A stretch of DNA of 64,000 nt from Balanoglossus misakiensis. Its lineage: Eukaryota > Animalia > Hemichordata. The stretch is taken from contig CM082594.2 of NCBI GenBank assembly GCA_040954595.2, positions 5,069,319 through 5,133,318 on the forward strand, in the 5' to 3' direction. Of this stretch, positions 1-12,690 are shown in pieces (position 1 is the stretch's first letter; each line of letters opens with the position of its first letter). Made by a program: the position numbers and the translations under genes. The notes under the pieces are model-generated. The model saw nothing but the letters and a program-made list of their open reading frames with translations. It made no database searches and was not told the DNA's origin.

Positions 1-3000
1 GACCATCGGGATCATTTTCATCCTCTCGGTCTGAAGGAGATTGCACCTGTGTTGCAAGAAAAACAACAAAGAAGGGAAATCATCAAGTTCTGCTACTCTG
101 ATCAACTAATTACTGTCTCGCTAATCACTTTTACCAATCTCACACATGACTTAACAAACTCACTGGTGGAAAAAAGCAAACTACTTACTGGTGAGAATAC
201 ATCTTCATCTGTACTAAGGTCATGCAGATGTGAATCCATGTCATTGTAGGATGGCACAGTACTGCTGGTCTGTTGCCGGGGCTGCGTTTGCGTTTTGTGT
301 TTCCTTTTCTCGTACTTTCTCTTCTTCCGAACAACCTCCTCCTTGAAAGAAAACAATGGGTTTGGAAATTGGAGAAGATGAATAAACGCGGTAAAAGTAA
401 ATCTCCCCACACACTAATATTGGCAGCAGGAGAACCCTATGTAAAACCTTGCATATTTGTCATTTGATCACTGACTTCATATTTGTCATTAACATCAAGG
501 GTGTCTTTCTGAACAGGACACAACAAGAATGTTTGGTCTCATATTTATTAAAATGAACTAAGGAACTTGGACGGCAGGTTTTCAGTTTTGAAGGAGTTCA
601 GGCTTAACAACGGTCTCAACACACATCATTCAGGTTAGCAGAAACACCCGACTTTGGGCAAAAATATAGGTTTAGCAACTACATGGAGTGGTAGCAGGGA
701 ATTCTACCTACCCCGACTCTATTAGCCCAAGATTCATGCCTCACCCCTGTTCCATACTGGTTACCATTGATCAATGGTAGTGAGTACGACGGTCTCTGAT
801 TCCGAAGCGCTTCACACTCCGCCAGCAGCTGCCCGCTGTAATCTCCGGCAGAAAATCTAACAAAGTATCAAATGATATTAAAAATTAAATTTTAAAATAA
901 AAATTGTTGATAAATTGTGATTTTTTTCAGACTTGCAATCATTACTTTTTACATGAGCACTGTTTATCATTCTCTTCCCGTTAGCAAAGTTTTGCAGACA
1001 ATTTTATTTCTCTCCACTATTATTGTGCTTGAAATAAATTTTGCACTACCACCATAAGAACGAACACCATCAGTGCGTCTTTCACATAATGTGAAGTTAA
1101 CACAAAATATAATTTCTAACTAGTTCATTTAAACATTGTCATCCACACTGATCATCGACTCAAACATCATCCACACCTTTTCTCAAAGACTTCCACCGTG
1201 AGGTGAAGACACTCCCGTTTACTCTTCTCTCTCCGCTTGACCATTTCCAGAAGGGTCACGGCTCGGTTGAGATCCCGTCTCAGCTTCAGCATCTTCTCGT
1301 ACGAAGCCTCGTCGTTCTTCCGGTTTTTCCGCGTCTGCATCTTCTCCGTCCGCCTCCGGAACGCCACGTAGGGATTGTTACTGGTGGAGCCATCCCGTTT
1401 CTCTTGTTTGACTTGGGGGATTAGCCCATGTCCCTGCAACAAAACAACAAATTTACAGATATTGTTCTTTTTAATACTCAGATAACTGAACAATTCAGAC
1501 AAAACGAATGGAAAAATTCCTACAGGATATTTAGTCCCCATCGCCAAATCTCATCTGATATGGACAATAATTCCCAAAGACAATACACTCATTTACAACA
1601 CACAGTAGTCAACTGGCAAACACAGTTACATTTACCAAAACACAACAGTTATTGCAAAACACAATACAATCATTTGCAAAACACATGTTGTTGGGTTTTT
1701 ACTTACAACTTTGAGCCTCTTGTTCAACCAGTAATCGTACACAGCTATTATGAGATCATCATCTTCTTTCAACAACAGTTTAGCTTCTGGCAATGTTACA
1801 ACCTGAAAAAGTCAAATAGTATCCACATTGAGTTTTGGGGGGTGTATGTAACTGTACAGTGTTCTCCCCAGTGTACACCTCATATGTCAAACGCAAAGAG
1901 ACCATTCATGACCAAGAGGAATTTCCAATTCGGCTAACTTATCCCAAATCCTTCATTCAGACTCTGAGAACAACCCACCGCCTCTTAATTTCCCCACCAC
2001 ATACCTGCTGCCCGCTACCCTTTTCAAGTCTGTCCATCATTTCCTCAAACTGTAATGGGGCAATTTCCATGTTCTTCGACTGCTTCTTCATCCAAGCCTC
2101 ATCGTCCGAGTCCATATCATAGTCTGGAATGTCTTGATCAATACCAAGAGCTGGGAAAAAGGAAAAAAATAAATACATATGATATACCCATGGCAAGGTT
2201 GGACAGCCCACTGGCTAATTACCCAACCAATTTGCTGGCTTTAGTGAGACTTTGCTGGGTAATTATCAACACATTTGATATTTCAAAGTCAACACCAGGC
2301 AACGGATCTGGCACTCACAGCACACTATGCATGGGTGGCTTCATTGAAACAAATGTCTTGGTAATTACTGAGGCGAGTCTCAATAAAGTCAGCCAAGTGG
2401 TTGGCTGATTAGCTTGTTGGCTGTCTGATCAGCACAAGTGTTCTCAGTAATTTCTTAATTGGATTACTTATCCTGACAGTCATTAATGAGTATCTGCCAA
2501 TAGTTCTAGATTTTGGAAAAACAGTAATTCATTATCATAACAATAGTTAATTGAATTAACCACAGATGAACAAAAGCTTATATCTTACTTTACAATACAA
2601 TAGAAATTTGCATAGTCACATAATGCTAGAAAATAATCATCCTATTGTCACATACATATGACAGACATAATCCAATTGTTTTGATACCGAATACAACTTG
2701 CATATCAATCATATGAAATTGGACAGGCCCGCCTTGTAAAAGAACGTATTTTTGAAACCTGCAGTACAGAGAAACCTGTCTGTAGAGGCCACTCGCCAGT
2801 CAAGGGAATTTCCTGAACTGTCCTTTATAGATAGGTGGATTATGCACAGAAACTGTAACAAAGTGGCCAATATAAACAAATTTCCACATTATAGAGGTGG
2901 CCACTAACACCTGACAAATTACTGTACTTACACTGCACATGGATGTATTGCTTGGGTTGTTTACAATCGTTCCCATACAGCTTCTCGTAATGAGAAACTT

Positions 3001-4372
3001 GACTTTTGAATTCTGGTGTTGGAATAACAATCAGATTGCTTGTTGTTCCGTACACTTGCTGCGCTGTCATGGCCTCCTGTAGATGACGTTCCTGCAACGA
3101 TTGCGACCAAAAGAAATTGTTAGCAAAAATCTCTTTACTGGGAGTTGGTCTTAAGTCTAACATATCCAGACTTTAAATGACAGTGGGGTCAAGATTTCAG
3201 ATCTTGTCATCATAAAGGTCATTATGACCTTGACAAAGATAGTGAAACTGGTCATAACAAACACCTCTGTAATCAGACCAAAACTGGCTATGAAGTAGTA
3301 TCTGCAAATAGTAGTATAGCCTGCTGATCTTCAATACAATAAAACACTAGATACAATGTGCATTGGTGACCATGGCAACCTGAGCATGTTTCAACTACAT
3401 GTAAATAGCTATTTCTTATTGACACAAATGTGCATTTGTTACTGGGCTGACACTGAGTCACAAAACAATAGTTAATGATGTTGCTTATGTCAGGATACTC
3501 TGTTAAATATAAACTAATACTTTAATCAAATTTATCAGCAGAAATGTGCTACTGTATTTACATATTCTGTTCTACTAAGTTAGAACTTGTATTGAAAACT
3601 TGCACCATTGTTTTCAACAAGATGGCTTTTTTTAAAAACTGCAGATACTCTGCTAGATTCAGCATTATTTCAATTTAATGCAACAGTCTTGCAGAACTTG
3701 CAGTAGAAGATGCAGAAGACGACTTCTGGAGAGGTTATGTTTTCATTTCCTGGGTCACTAATTAATTATTCATGAGCACATATACCCTAGAATTAACTCA
3801 ATGGATAATTTTATTTAAGTGCAGGTAATTCATATTGAACTGGTGAAACTGCACACATAATAATGTAATATTAATTTTTCTACACAATAGAAATATTTTT
3901 CTGGATGCTTAAATTAATAATCCACATATATAGACATATTAATTAATGTATACCACATTCAATATGGCGGACAGCATGCACAAGGTCACGTGACATAGTC
4001 ACTTTCACTGAGCCCCTAAAAACCAGCTTTTGCAACATTGGCATGCGAAAAAAATGAGCAGAACTGTCCTTCATACGCCATATAAACGTATGCTAACAAT
4101 GCAATTTGCACATCTTGCTCGGGCTAACCTCAACCACGCACTTTGATACTACCCGCCATTTCCTTGCTCATCAATGGCTGCCCAATGACATTGCGCAGAA
4201 TCAGATCAAAGGCACTCACCGATTCCTCTTCTTTTTCCATTCCAGTCGGCATTTGGGGAACCGCTCTGTTTATTGCCGAATAATCCGGCAAGTCCGGCAA
4301 TTCATGGCTGTGATACACGGGCATTGGTTTGGTGGCATCCAATGCCCGTGCCCGGAACGACAACTTACTCAT
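1..4372 (-). CDS. EPC1: Enhancer of polycomb homolog (EPC1/EPC2-like, NuA4/TIP60 subunit), 5' part; continues beyond window start
   Basis: Coding exons (GT-AG, phase-consistent): 4372-4220, 3091-2932, 2150-2005, 1802-1707, 1433-1177, 856-712, 341-189, 46-<1. Protein MSKLSFRARALDATKPMPVY...INRAVPQMPTGMEKEEES/ERHLQ...PDYDMDSDDE...VYDYWLNKR...NNPYVAFRRRTEKMQTRKNRKNDEASYEKMLKLRRDL...EDENDPDG matches the EPcA domain of E(Pc). A single invertebrate gene is expected to be co-orthologous to EPC1 and EPC2. Confidence 0.96.
2765..2926. mobile_element. Degenerate Tc1/mariner-like MITE in EPC intron 2
   Basis: Starts TACAGAGAAACCTGTCTGTAGAGGCCAC and ends AGGTGGCCACTAACACCTGACAAATTACTGTA. TA at both ends, imperfect terminal inverted repeats, internal TATAGA-AGGTGG subrepeats. 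Confidence 0.45.
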
Positions 4373-4559
4373 GATGATCTTGACACAATGACTAACTTAC
4401 GATGCTTCACGACACCCCTTAGGGAGGTCGTGGACCAAAAAATGGTAGCCGCGGTACTTTTTAGTGTTCCTTAGATGGCTTCCATATAGGTTTTGACTTC
4501 TGAGGCTACCTGTGCATTACACAGAAAGAGTCAAAATTTCAAAATTTTTCAAATTCGGA

Positions 4560-4640
4560 CAATTCAACATGGCGGACACGAAAATTTGCAATCCCATAGT
4601 TCCTTTCGGATGGGTGTAAATAGCATGCGCGCGCATATCG
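4560..4640. promoter_or_regulatory. EPC proximal promoter: YY1-like AACATGGCGG, ZNF143/Staf-like ATCCCATAGTTCCTT, NRF1-like GCATGCGCGCGCAT
   Basis: Motifs at about 4567-4576, 4591-4605 and 4623-4636, about 200-260 bp upstream of the EPC ATG, in a locally CpG-rich patch. Confidence 0.5.
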
Positions 4641-5786
4641 ACCTTTTCATTCATAAGTGAAACAGAGACCGCGGAAAATGCATGTGCTGGGGTTGGACAG
4701 TTTTCGTGTACGTTTCACGTTCATGAACATCACTGTTTAAGAATTTTGTACTACTTCCATGCATCCCAGTCTCTTTGTATAATAACGAGGAGAGTGACAC
4801 CCTATCAGTCATTTGTTTTTAACCTTCGAATCACCCAAATTGCGGTCTTTCGGCACAATTTACATGATTTCCCTGTACTGTACACTACTACACGGTTACT
4901 GTACTGTCTACAAACCATGTCAATGTCATCAGTGAATTGAACACCTACCTCAGCTTCAGTAGACTCTGTGGGTCAAGATAATCACGGATTGTATATGTGA
5001 CTTTGTGAAATTGAAATTGGGAAAGTCGATTTGTAATAGTTGTCCGATGAAAAGCATAGTACTTTACAAAAGCGTCTTTTCTCATGGGCAAGGCAGGAAG
5101 CCATTCTGATTACGGCTGTTGTAGTTGCTTGGCAACACCAAACCAATGACTGTACCATGGTTGAACTACATGTACATGGCTAAAAATAAGTTATATTGAT
5201 AATCCCCATTACCGATTCATGATGGCTTGACATTTGTATGTTATGTGTGCATATGAGTGCATGACTATCTTAATAGCCTGAGAGTTTAGACACCCATCAC
5301 CAATATTGACTGTTTTCCTGCAAAAGAATCACACTGCACTCCGACAACAGGAAATCCTTCCACACAGACATCAACAAAAACACACAAAGCCATTTTCCAC
5401 TGGAAGAGTATTATTTCTATCATTGGAATAATATGAAAATATTACACTTTGTGATTTAATCAAGTGTTACATAGAATGCAAAGTTTTTACTTCAAGAATC
5501 AATACAATATATGCAGATAAACTATAAAAGCAAAAGAGTTTTCTTGTAACCCTAAATATTTCTACAGACGTTTTTGTTTTCCCCACTGTTAAAAGTGAAG
5601 AAACCTCCATTGCACAATTTCCTACAATATTCACACAAAGGTGCCCCTTTTCTCGCTGATGTACCTTTGTTACAATATGAGTTCTACAGCAGCTTCTATT
5701 TTCACCATCACTGACAAAAAAACTGAAAATCACAATTTTCAGTTGGAGCTGTGAGAAAGAAAAAAACACTAAAACGCAATGCAAAA

Positions 5787-5792
5787 TTTATT
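5787..5792 (-). terminator. Candidate poly(A) signal (AATAAA) of MBD5-like gene, implying a 3'UTR of about 3.1 kb
   Basis: TTTATT on + strand at the distal end of a long non-coding stretch downstream of the MBD5 stop; T-rich sequence follows on the sense strand. Other AATAAA candidates at 6820 and 7021. Confidence 0.45.
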
Positions 5793-6327
5793 CATAAAAA
5801 TATTAAATTTCAAGCAGTATACTCTGTACATATACATGCGAAAAAAATCTGCGGACAGGTAAAGTGATATAAATAAATCAGGCTGTACAATCCTACATAA
5901 AAATCTCGTACTAATGATCAAGGTAAAGACTACCCCTTATATTTCAGTGTATACACATCAAACATGCCATTATGGACATGTGGAATCAACATTAACCACA
6001 TGATATGGCATGAGACAGCCACATATTCAGAACTCCCAACCCAATTCGGAACCCCACAAAACCACAACATAATACATTGAGTTGTCTATAACTTTACAAT
6101 TACCAACTATATGAAACTCACCGCTACACATTTTCTGCATCTCCCCATCCCCATGTGGCAGAATTTCCACATTCACTGTGTAGTGTAGTTCATTTGCTAT
6201 TTACATCATATCAGCAGTTGACAATATTTTTTTATATATTTTATATAAAATTGTCTTGCAGAATAACTAATTCTGCTTGTGTGCTGTAAAACAAGTTCTC
6301 TCACTCAAAAAGTCGTTGGTATTGGCC

Positions 6328-6396
6328 TAACCCTTTCCCCACCATGGTTCAGTCCAAAAACCCACTGTTTTCTATGGTAAGGTTGAACCTTTATAT
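6328..6396 (+). mobile_element. piggyBac-like MITE, 3'-truncated copy
   Basis: TAACCCTTTCCCCACCATGGTTCAGTCCAAAAACCCACTGTTTTCTATGGTAAGGTTGAACCTTTATA aligns by eye with the copies at 10958 and 38380. Confidence 0.75.
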
Positions 6397-8916
6397 CCTT
6401 TCATATTATGAAATGAATGACAGAGCAACCAGCATTTCTCATAAATACACTTCACCATTTTTTAAATGAAATCCAACAAAACATAGAAACTGAGATGATT
6501 TTCTTATGCAACATTGCCACTGGGCTTCACAAGTGTATACACCACTCCAAATAGAACGAAGCCTTCTCATGGACTGAAAAGAAAAAAATAAGGACTTAAC
6601 AGATACACTGAGAGTATCAAATATTCAATCATATATTAGAGCATATTCTTGACTTTGAACAGGAGCACTGCAAGTACAAATTTTCCTACAGACATTCACA
6701 ATTTTGTGTGTGGACCACACAAGAGAAAGGTTTGTCAGCCATATGTCATTTTGAACTACATGTAGTTACATACTGGCGGATCAATCTGCATTTAAAGGTA
6801 CACCAAACCAATCAGAATGTTTATTCCTGCAAGGAATACACTCCTTCCAATCTCATAATTTCATAACACTAAATATTGAAATTGAAAAGGATATACTGAG
6901 AAATATTAAACACCAGCCAACTAAGTACAACAAACAATGTATCTACACCAATAATTCCCAAATGGAGTGCTTCAATACTCCAGGACTGGCAAGGAAAAAT
7001 CAATGGATACACCCGCTGTGTTTATTCTGATCATGAGGAAAATGTAAATGGAAGTAAGTTGAAAACACTGAGTTATGTGTGTTCACCATTGTGTCCAATG
7101 AAATAGGCGGGAGTATTATTGCTTACAAGAGAATGTTGGTAGGGGATATGTAGGTTTGCTGAATGTAGGTTGCATTTACCCACTATCATCTCTTTCCTAG
7201 CAACACAACATTTTAACTGTCATTACCGGAAAACAGATATGCTCATCATTTGGAACTCTAGGCATCACCAGCACTGCATGTCTCCCCACCCCCCTGAACA
7301 AAACAGGACAGTAATTTGTTCAGAGATGGAATGGAACACCACTAGTACCTGTCAGATATTTACTGAAGAGGGGGAAAAAGGGGGTAAATTTCAACATCAA
7401 AACGAAAACAAGTACAGTCAAATGAAAATAGACTGGTGGCAAATTATTACACAGTTTGTACAAATCTCACACCGGGCAATTTACCAGGGAAAAAGAGACA
7501 CTGTCATGTAATTACAGGGTTTATCTTGTCTGTGCACTCTGCGTTCCTTGCTCTTGAGATGTCAACCCCATTCCATGCAATACAGAAAACCCTGCAGGGA
7601 TGACAACACACAGAATAGAATTTCCACCCGTGTCAGACGCACAATTTAAACCCCTGTAGGTGAATAATTCCTGCTTCTACTAAGAACTGCAATGAAAGAC
7701 AACCATGTCTTGCAAGCACTGCACCTTCTTACAGAAGGCTGGCTTTCAGACAAGGAAGGAATGTCTTATCTTATACTGTTATAGTGGGACCAGACAAATT
7801 CATGTACTACATTAACATCCCTGCCATTTCAAAATCCTATACAGTATCTTAAATTCTGAAATGCCTTTAAGAAACTTCTCTTAGCGAGTTTAATATTTTT
7901 ATATGAACAACTGATATCTGAAATGTTCCCTACATGGTACACAAGGAACATCTATTACAATGTATAAAATCTCAGGTAATTGTTGTGTTTCCACACTCTA
8001 CACCAAACATTAATGATTCTTGCACCTGTCTTTGTAGAGATTGATTTCGCCTATACTGGACAAAAAAAATCTGCCTTCAAAAAATTTTCTTTGAACAACC
8101 ACTTCAAAGTTTCCACTCTTGAAAAAAAAATCAATTAAAACCTCACCCCGTACCCTGTTTAAAACCATGCAGAGTGTTGCATATCACATAGGAGATGGGC
8201 AAAAATATGAGAAAGACATGAAGAAAAATTGTGTAAACTTTTAAAAGTATTTTTGTTTCTTTTCTTTCATAGACCTACGTAGATAAAAACAAAAAAAGAC
8301 TAACCAAAATATGATGGGAAACTATCATCTCAGCCTGTAAAGTGTTGAAAGAGGTATACCCTTAATGGTAATATCAGTTCAGAAGCACTGATCAAGAAAA
8401 TGTCTTCGGGATAATGTATGAGTTCTTTTGGAAATATTTGTTTCTTTAAATGTAACAGAAAAAAAGTTGTAGTGAGTTGCTTGTGTCTTTATGTAACATA
8501 CTTTTGATTCAAAAACAAATCACACAAAAAAGTAGAAAATAATCTAGTTCAGACTATTTAGCTTCACTCTTGTGTAACGCTGTGCATAATGACAAATTTA
8601 AGTATAAACCAGTAATGTCTTTGATTCCCCAGACAGCATCACAGAATATGCATGAACTCCCTGTCATTTGGTATGGTCTACTTGCTCCGTATAGTCGGGT
8701 GAAACCATCCCGCACGTTTCCATGGTTGCAAGGGATGGAGGACCGCTGATCTAATAAGACTGGTGGTCTTGTGGAAGAGAGGCATCACACACAAAATGAT
8801 GATCGAACTCCAAGCGGTACTTGGTGGGCCGGTTTAATAATCGACTGCATCCTGTCTCCCGCTACCAGTGCACCTCCTATAAACGCTGCTGTTCACACGG
8901 TCGGCCACAGAAACCA

Positions 8917-11900
8917 TCATCTGAGTTTCCGCCTCTTGATTTTGGGTCTAGACTTGTAGAACCCCTTTGGTTTTGACTCCAGTGGCTGAAAGAAACAGGC
9001 AAGATTCAGTGATGTGTATAATAATAGCCACACACTGGTCTAAATCTGAACTCAGCAAGCAACTTGCAAGGCTGTACTGTTTGTGAATGCCACATTTCTC
9101 CAGCTGTATGAGCTGTTCTCTTGCATGAAGGTGTTCGTCATTAAGTTATAATTTTTGAGAAAAAAAAATCTTCCAGACCAGACACCCTAACAATATACGT
9201 GAAATCTGGACCCATTCCAAGAATATTTCATTTGAAACGGTTAATCATTAATTTTCTTTTTTTTTACTCTTCAACACAAAGAACCCTTTTTAGACACTGG
9301 AAATCTGAGTACAGGCACTACTTCCTGTCCAGGAGCACTCCCACCACTGCCCCAAGGGATTCAATAAAGAATTTCTTAACATGCTGGTCTCTAAAGTAGT
9401 TGACCTAATGAAATATATTGGCTAAGAGGAAATCTATTGGCCTGAAATAAGCCGTGAATGAGGAAGTAATTTTGTATATGAATAGAAAATCAATGCAGGC
9501 GTCGAAAATATCCATGTGTACTCATAAATAACTGCATTATATATTCAAGACTGACACAGATACATTTAAATGTAGTGAAAAGCCACTGTGACCCAGAAAT
9601 GTGACCCAGAAATGATTATTTAAAAGAATCAGTTTCATTTTCATTTCATTTATATGTGTTCCTGTTTCAAAAATTAATCACCAAGACTGCGAGAGACTGC
9701 TGTCAAAGTATTAAACTGAAAAACAAACAAAGTGCACGTCGCATACTACTTTTTACTTCCTTGAAAGTATATTACAAAGGTTTCGAAAAGGATTGTTACC
9801 AATTACATATACATGTACATGTACTATACCAAACTGTTGAACAAGGTACTAACTGTACAAATAAGAACATTGGCCACAAAGGTGCAGTACAGGTCAAGTA
9901 TCCTTTTGTCATCGGACAAACAATGGGTTGGCCAAGGGTTAGCGGACTGCCACTATTGAATGGCTTGTGCCATTGATAGTACAATAATGTACATACCATG
10001 TATGTGTATGTTACAGTGGTTTGTGTGTCCAATCAATGATATCCTACTGATATCTCAATATATTGTTTAATATTCATTTTGTCCTCTACACACAGATACA
10101 ACTGAAAGTTACTCACCTGTTTGTCCAATTCCATCATGGCTTCCTGGATTGCAGCCTCAAGGTGACTGTTCATCTTACGGCCTCTGTTGGCCACAAAGAA
10201 AGAAACACTGTTAAAAAAGACAAGTTGGCGAGACAAGACTTGGATGAACTATCTTTCATTCTGAAATAACACAATAATTTTACGAATTGCACATATTAAA
10301 TATTACCTTCTATTTCTCTTTCTGGCTCGGTGGTGTGTTTCTAATCCTTCAGACAATGTTTTCAGTTTCTCAGGTTCAACCTGAGTGTACGTATGATCAC
10401 CAAACCACATTACCCATACCTATTTGGGGAAAACGATTGATTCAGATTTAAAACATTAGAATATGTGAAAATAATCTCTGGTTAAAATTTTACACCAGGT
10501 GTTGCATCAATCTCTGCTACGACTTCTCAGAAATCATGATCAAAAGCTTCTCAGATGCAATGTTTCCTGGTGTATACTTGCTGGAATGTCACATTTTGCA
10601 AGAGCACCTCCAACATACTGACTGGTGTGCAATCAGTGCAGAGAACAATATTTTCTAATGATTTGATATATGTATCAGGTCTGTTATTCTCACAAAATAT
10701 AGCCTTAATTTAATTCCAACCCACCTTTCCTTCCTCTGATTCTGCACTAGTCAGCTTGAGCTTGACATCATTTTCAGCGACAATCTTCCCAGGCCATGAC
10801 GGGAAACCTCGGATCTGACCCCAGACAAGGTCACCCAAGTCGAACGTCCTTGGAAGGCTGGAGTCGATGTAATCTGGCGAGTCTGGATTTTCCATATCTG
10901 AAAGCGGGATGACCGCAAGAGGAATGTTAGTAGGTATTTCCACTATTTGTTCATGCTTTAACCCTTTAACAACCATGGTTTAGTCCAAACCCATTGTTTT
11001 CTATGGTAAGGTTGGACCTCTATAGGGAGAACTGGCAAGAAGTTGGGGCATGTAATTAATTAATAATCTTTATCACGTACTAGGAGAAAACTGTGAAAAA
11101 GCTTTGTAAAATATGTAAGTGAACATATATCAATTCACACTGCATTCATTAAAATTTTAGATTTCAATAGTGTTAGGAATATGATATGAATATCGGGTAC
11201 TTCTATGTTTAAGTAGCCCCCTCCACCTTTAATCAGTGGAAATCATAGCAAATATAAATGCACCTTACCGTCTATTTGCCTGGAAATCAATTCAGCATCA
11301 TTAGTTTCGTCGTCATCATCGTCTTCATCATCGTAAATATCATCATCATCATCTCCATCTTCATACCCATCCATGCCACCATCCTCATTGAAATGCAGAT
11401 CATTCTCAAAAGTGTCCATCGCATCACTGTTGCCATGTAAATTTGCCAAGACAGAGTTCTCGCTCTGCCTCAGTAGAGTTTTGCCTGCCTTCACGCCCTC
11501 TTTCCCAAGTACTGCCTCTGCGTTGTTCACGCGAAAGCCAGCCATGTTCTCAAACATGTCAGTCTCTGAAAGGTTTTTCGAAATGTAAGTAGCTTCACTT
11601 TTTGCGTTCACAAAATTAGTACTCATTTTGGTTGATGTGGTGTGTTTGCCGAGTTCAGAATCATGCACTTTGCCGTTACTGGTCCCTTTAGTGGAATTCT
11701 CGTCTTTTGCATCCATGCACGTCAGATGTGCCGCACTCTCAAGATTATTTGCTGCAGTTACAGGCAAATTAGCATTGCAGTTCACGTTACCGTCGCTGTT
11801 TGACTGGTTCACACAACAGTGATTATTCTGCGCGTCGCCATTCTTTAGGGTCTCAGTCTCACTGACACAACTCTGGCTATCACTCCTGTTTGACCCCGGA

Positions 11901-12650
11901 TTCTGCGACACTTTGGGCGGATGTTCCGACACTGTCTGTTGGTTCTGCTGGGCATTGTCCGAACACGGCGTGCACCTGTCCGCCGAGTCGCTCGCGGCTA
12001 CAGAAGAAGGGTTGCCAGGCTCGGGACTGGGTTTGGTGGTCAAGGCACTCTCGTTATTGTTTTCCACTGAAGATGACGTCGACGACAAGGATGACAACGA
12101 CGGTGGGGATGAAGACACTGATGACGCCTGCGCTACAGATGTTGTGGACGTCGCCGTAGTCTCGGCTGTTGTTGAAATGTCCACATTTGCACCGGCTGAA
12201 CCGTCGTCGGTAACCTTTTTCGAATTGGAACATTTTTTCTCTCCTGTAATCACAACCCGAACACCTGAGTTCGCAGCGTCCACCACTGCTTTGTATATGG
12301 CGTCGATTTCCGCATTACAGGACGAGGGATTACTCTTAGGTCTCTGAGTGAGGGGATTCTCTTTGGGTTTCCTCTGCGCCCTCGGCTTGGACTGCGCAGC
12401 CACGCCGGCCGTTCCCCCTCGCGGCGACGTTTTCCCTGACGTGTTTCCTGGATTCGCGACCGGCACTGTCCTGTTTGGCTGCGGGTGGTGGCCAGCGTTT
12501 GCGGGTTCGCCGACGCTCCCGGAGTTGGGGCTGGGGTTGATCTGGAAATTGTGGTACATGATCTGCTGCATGGCGCTGTGATCCGAGGAGCATGGATTCA
12601 TCCCTGGACTTGGTTTGCCTTGAAGCATGTTTTCTCCCATGAGCTGCTGC

Positions 12651-12690
<40 letters not shown>

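Noticed and set aside
8771-8916. Stop-codon readthrough or selenocysteine recoding at TGA stops (MBD5, SLC49A4, ASB, ADAM)
   Set aside because: No TGA-CTAG readthrough context or SECIS-like hairpin seen, and the proteins end where homologs or domains are expected to end.
10710-10976. N-terminal part of the 88-aa PWWP ORF (MVVKGLKH...)
   Set aside because: The ATG comes from the intronic piggyBac-like MITE; the true exon starts at the acceptor at 10897.
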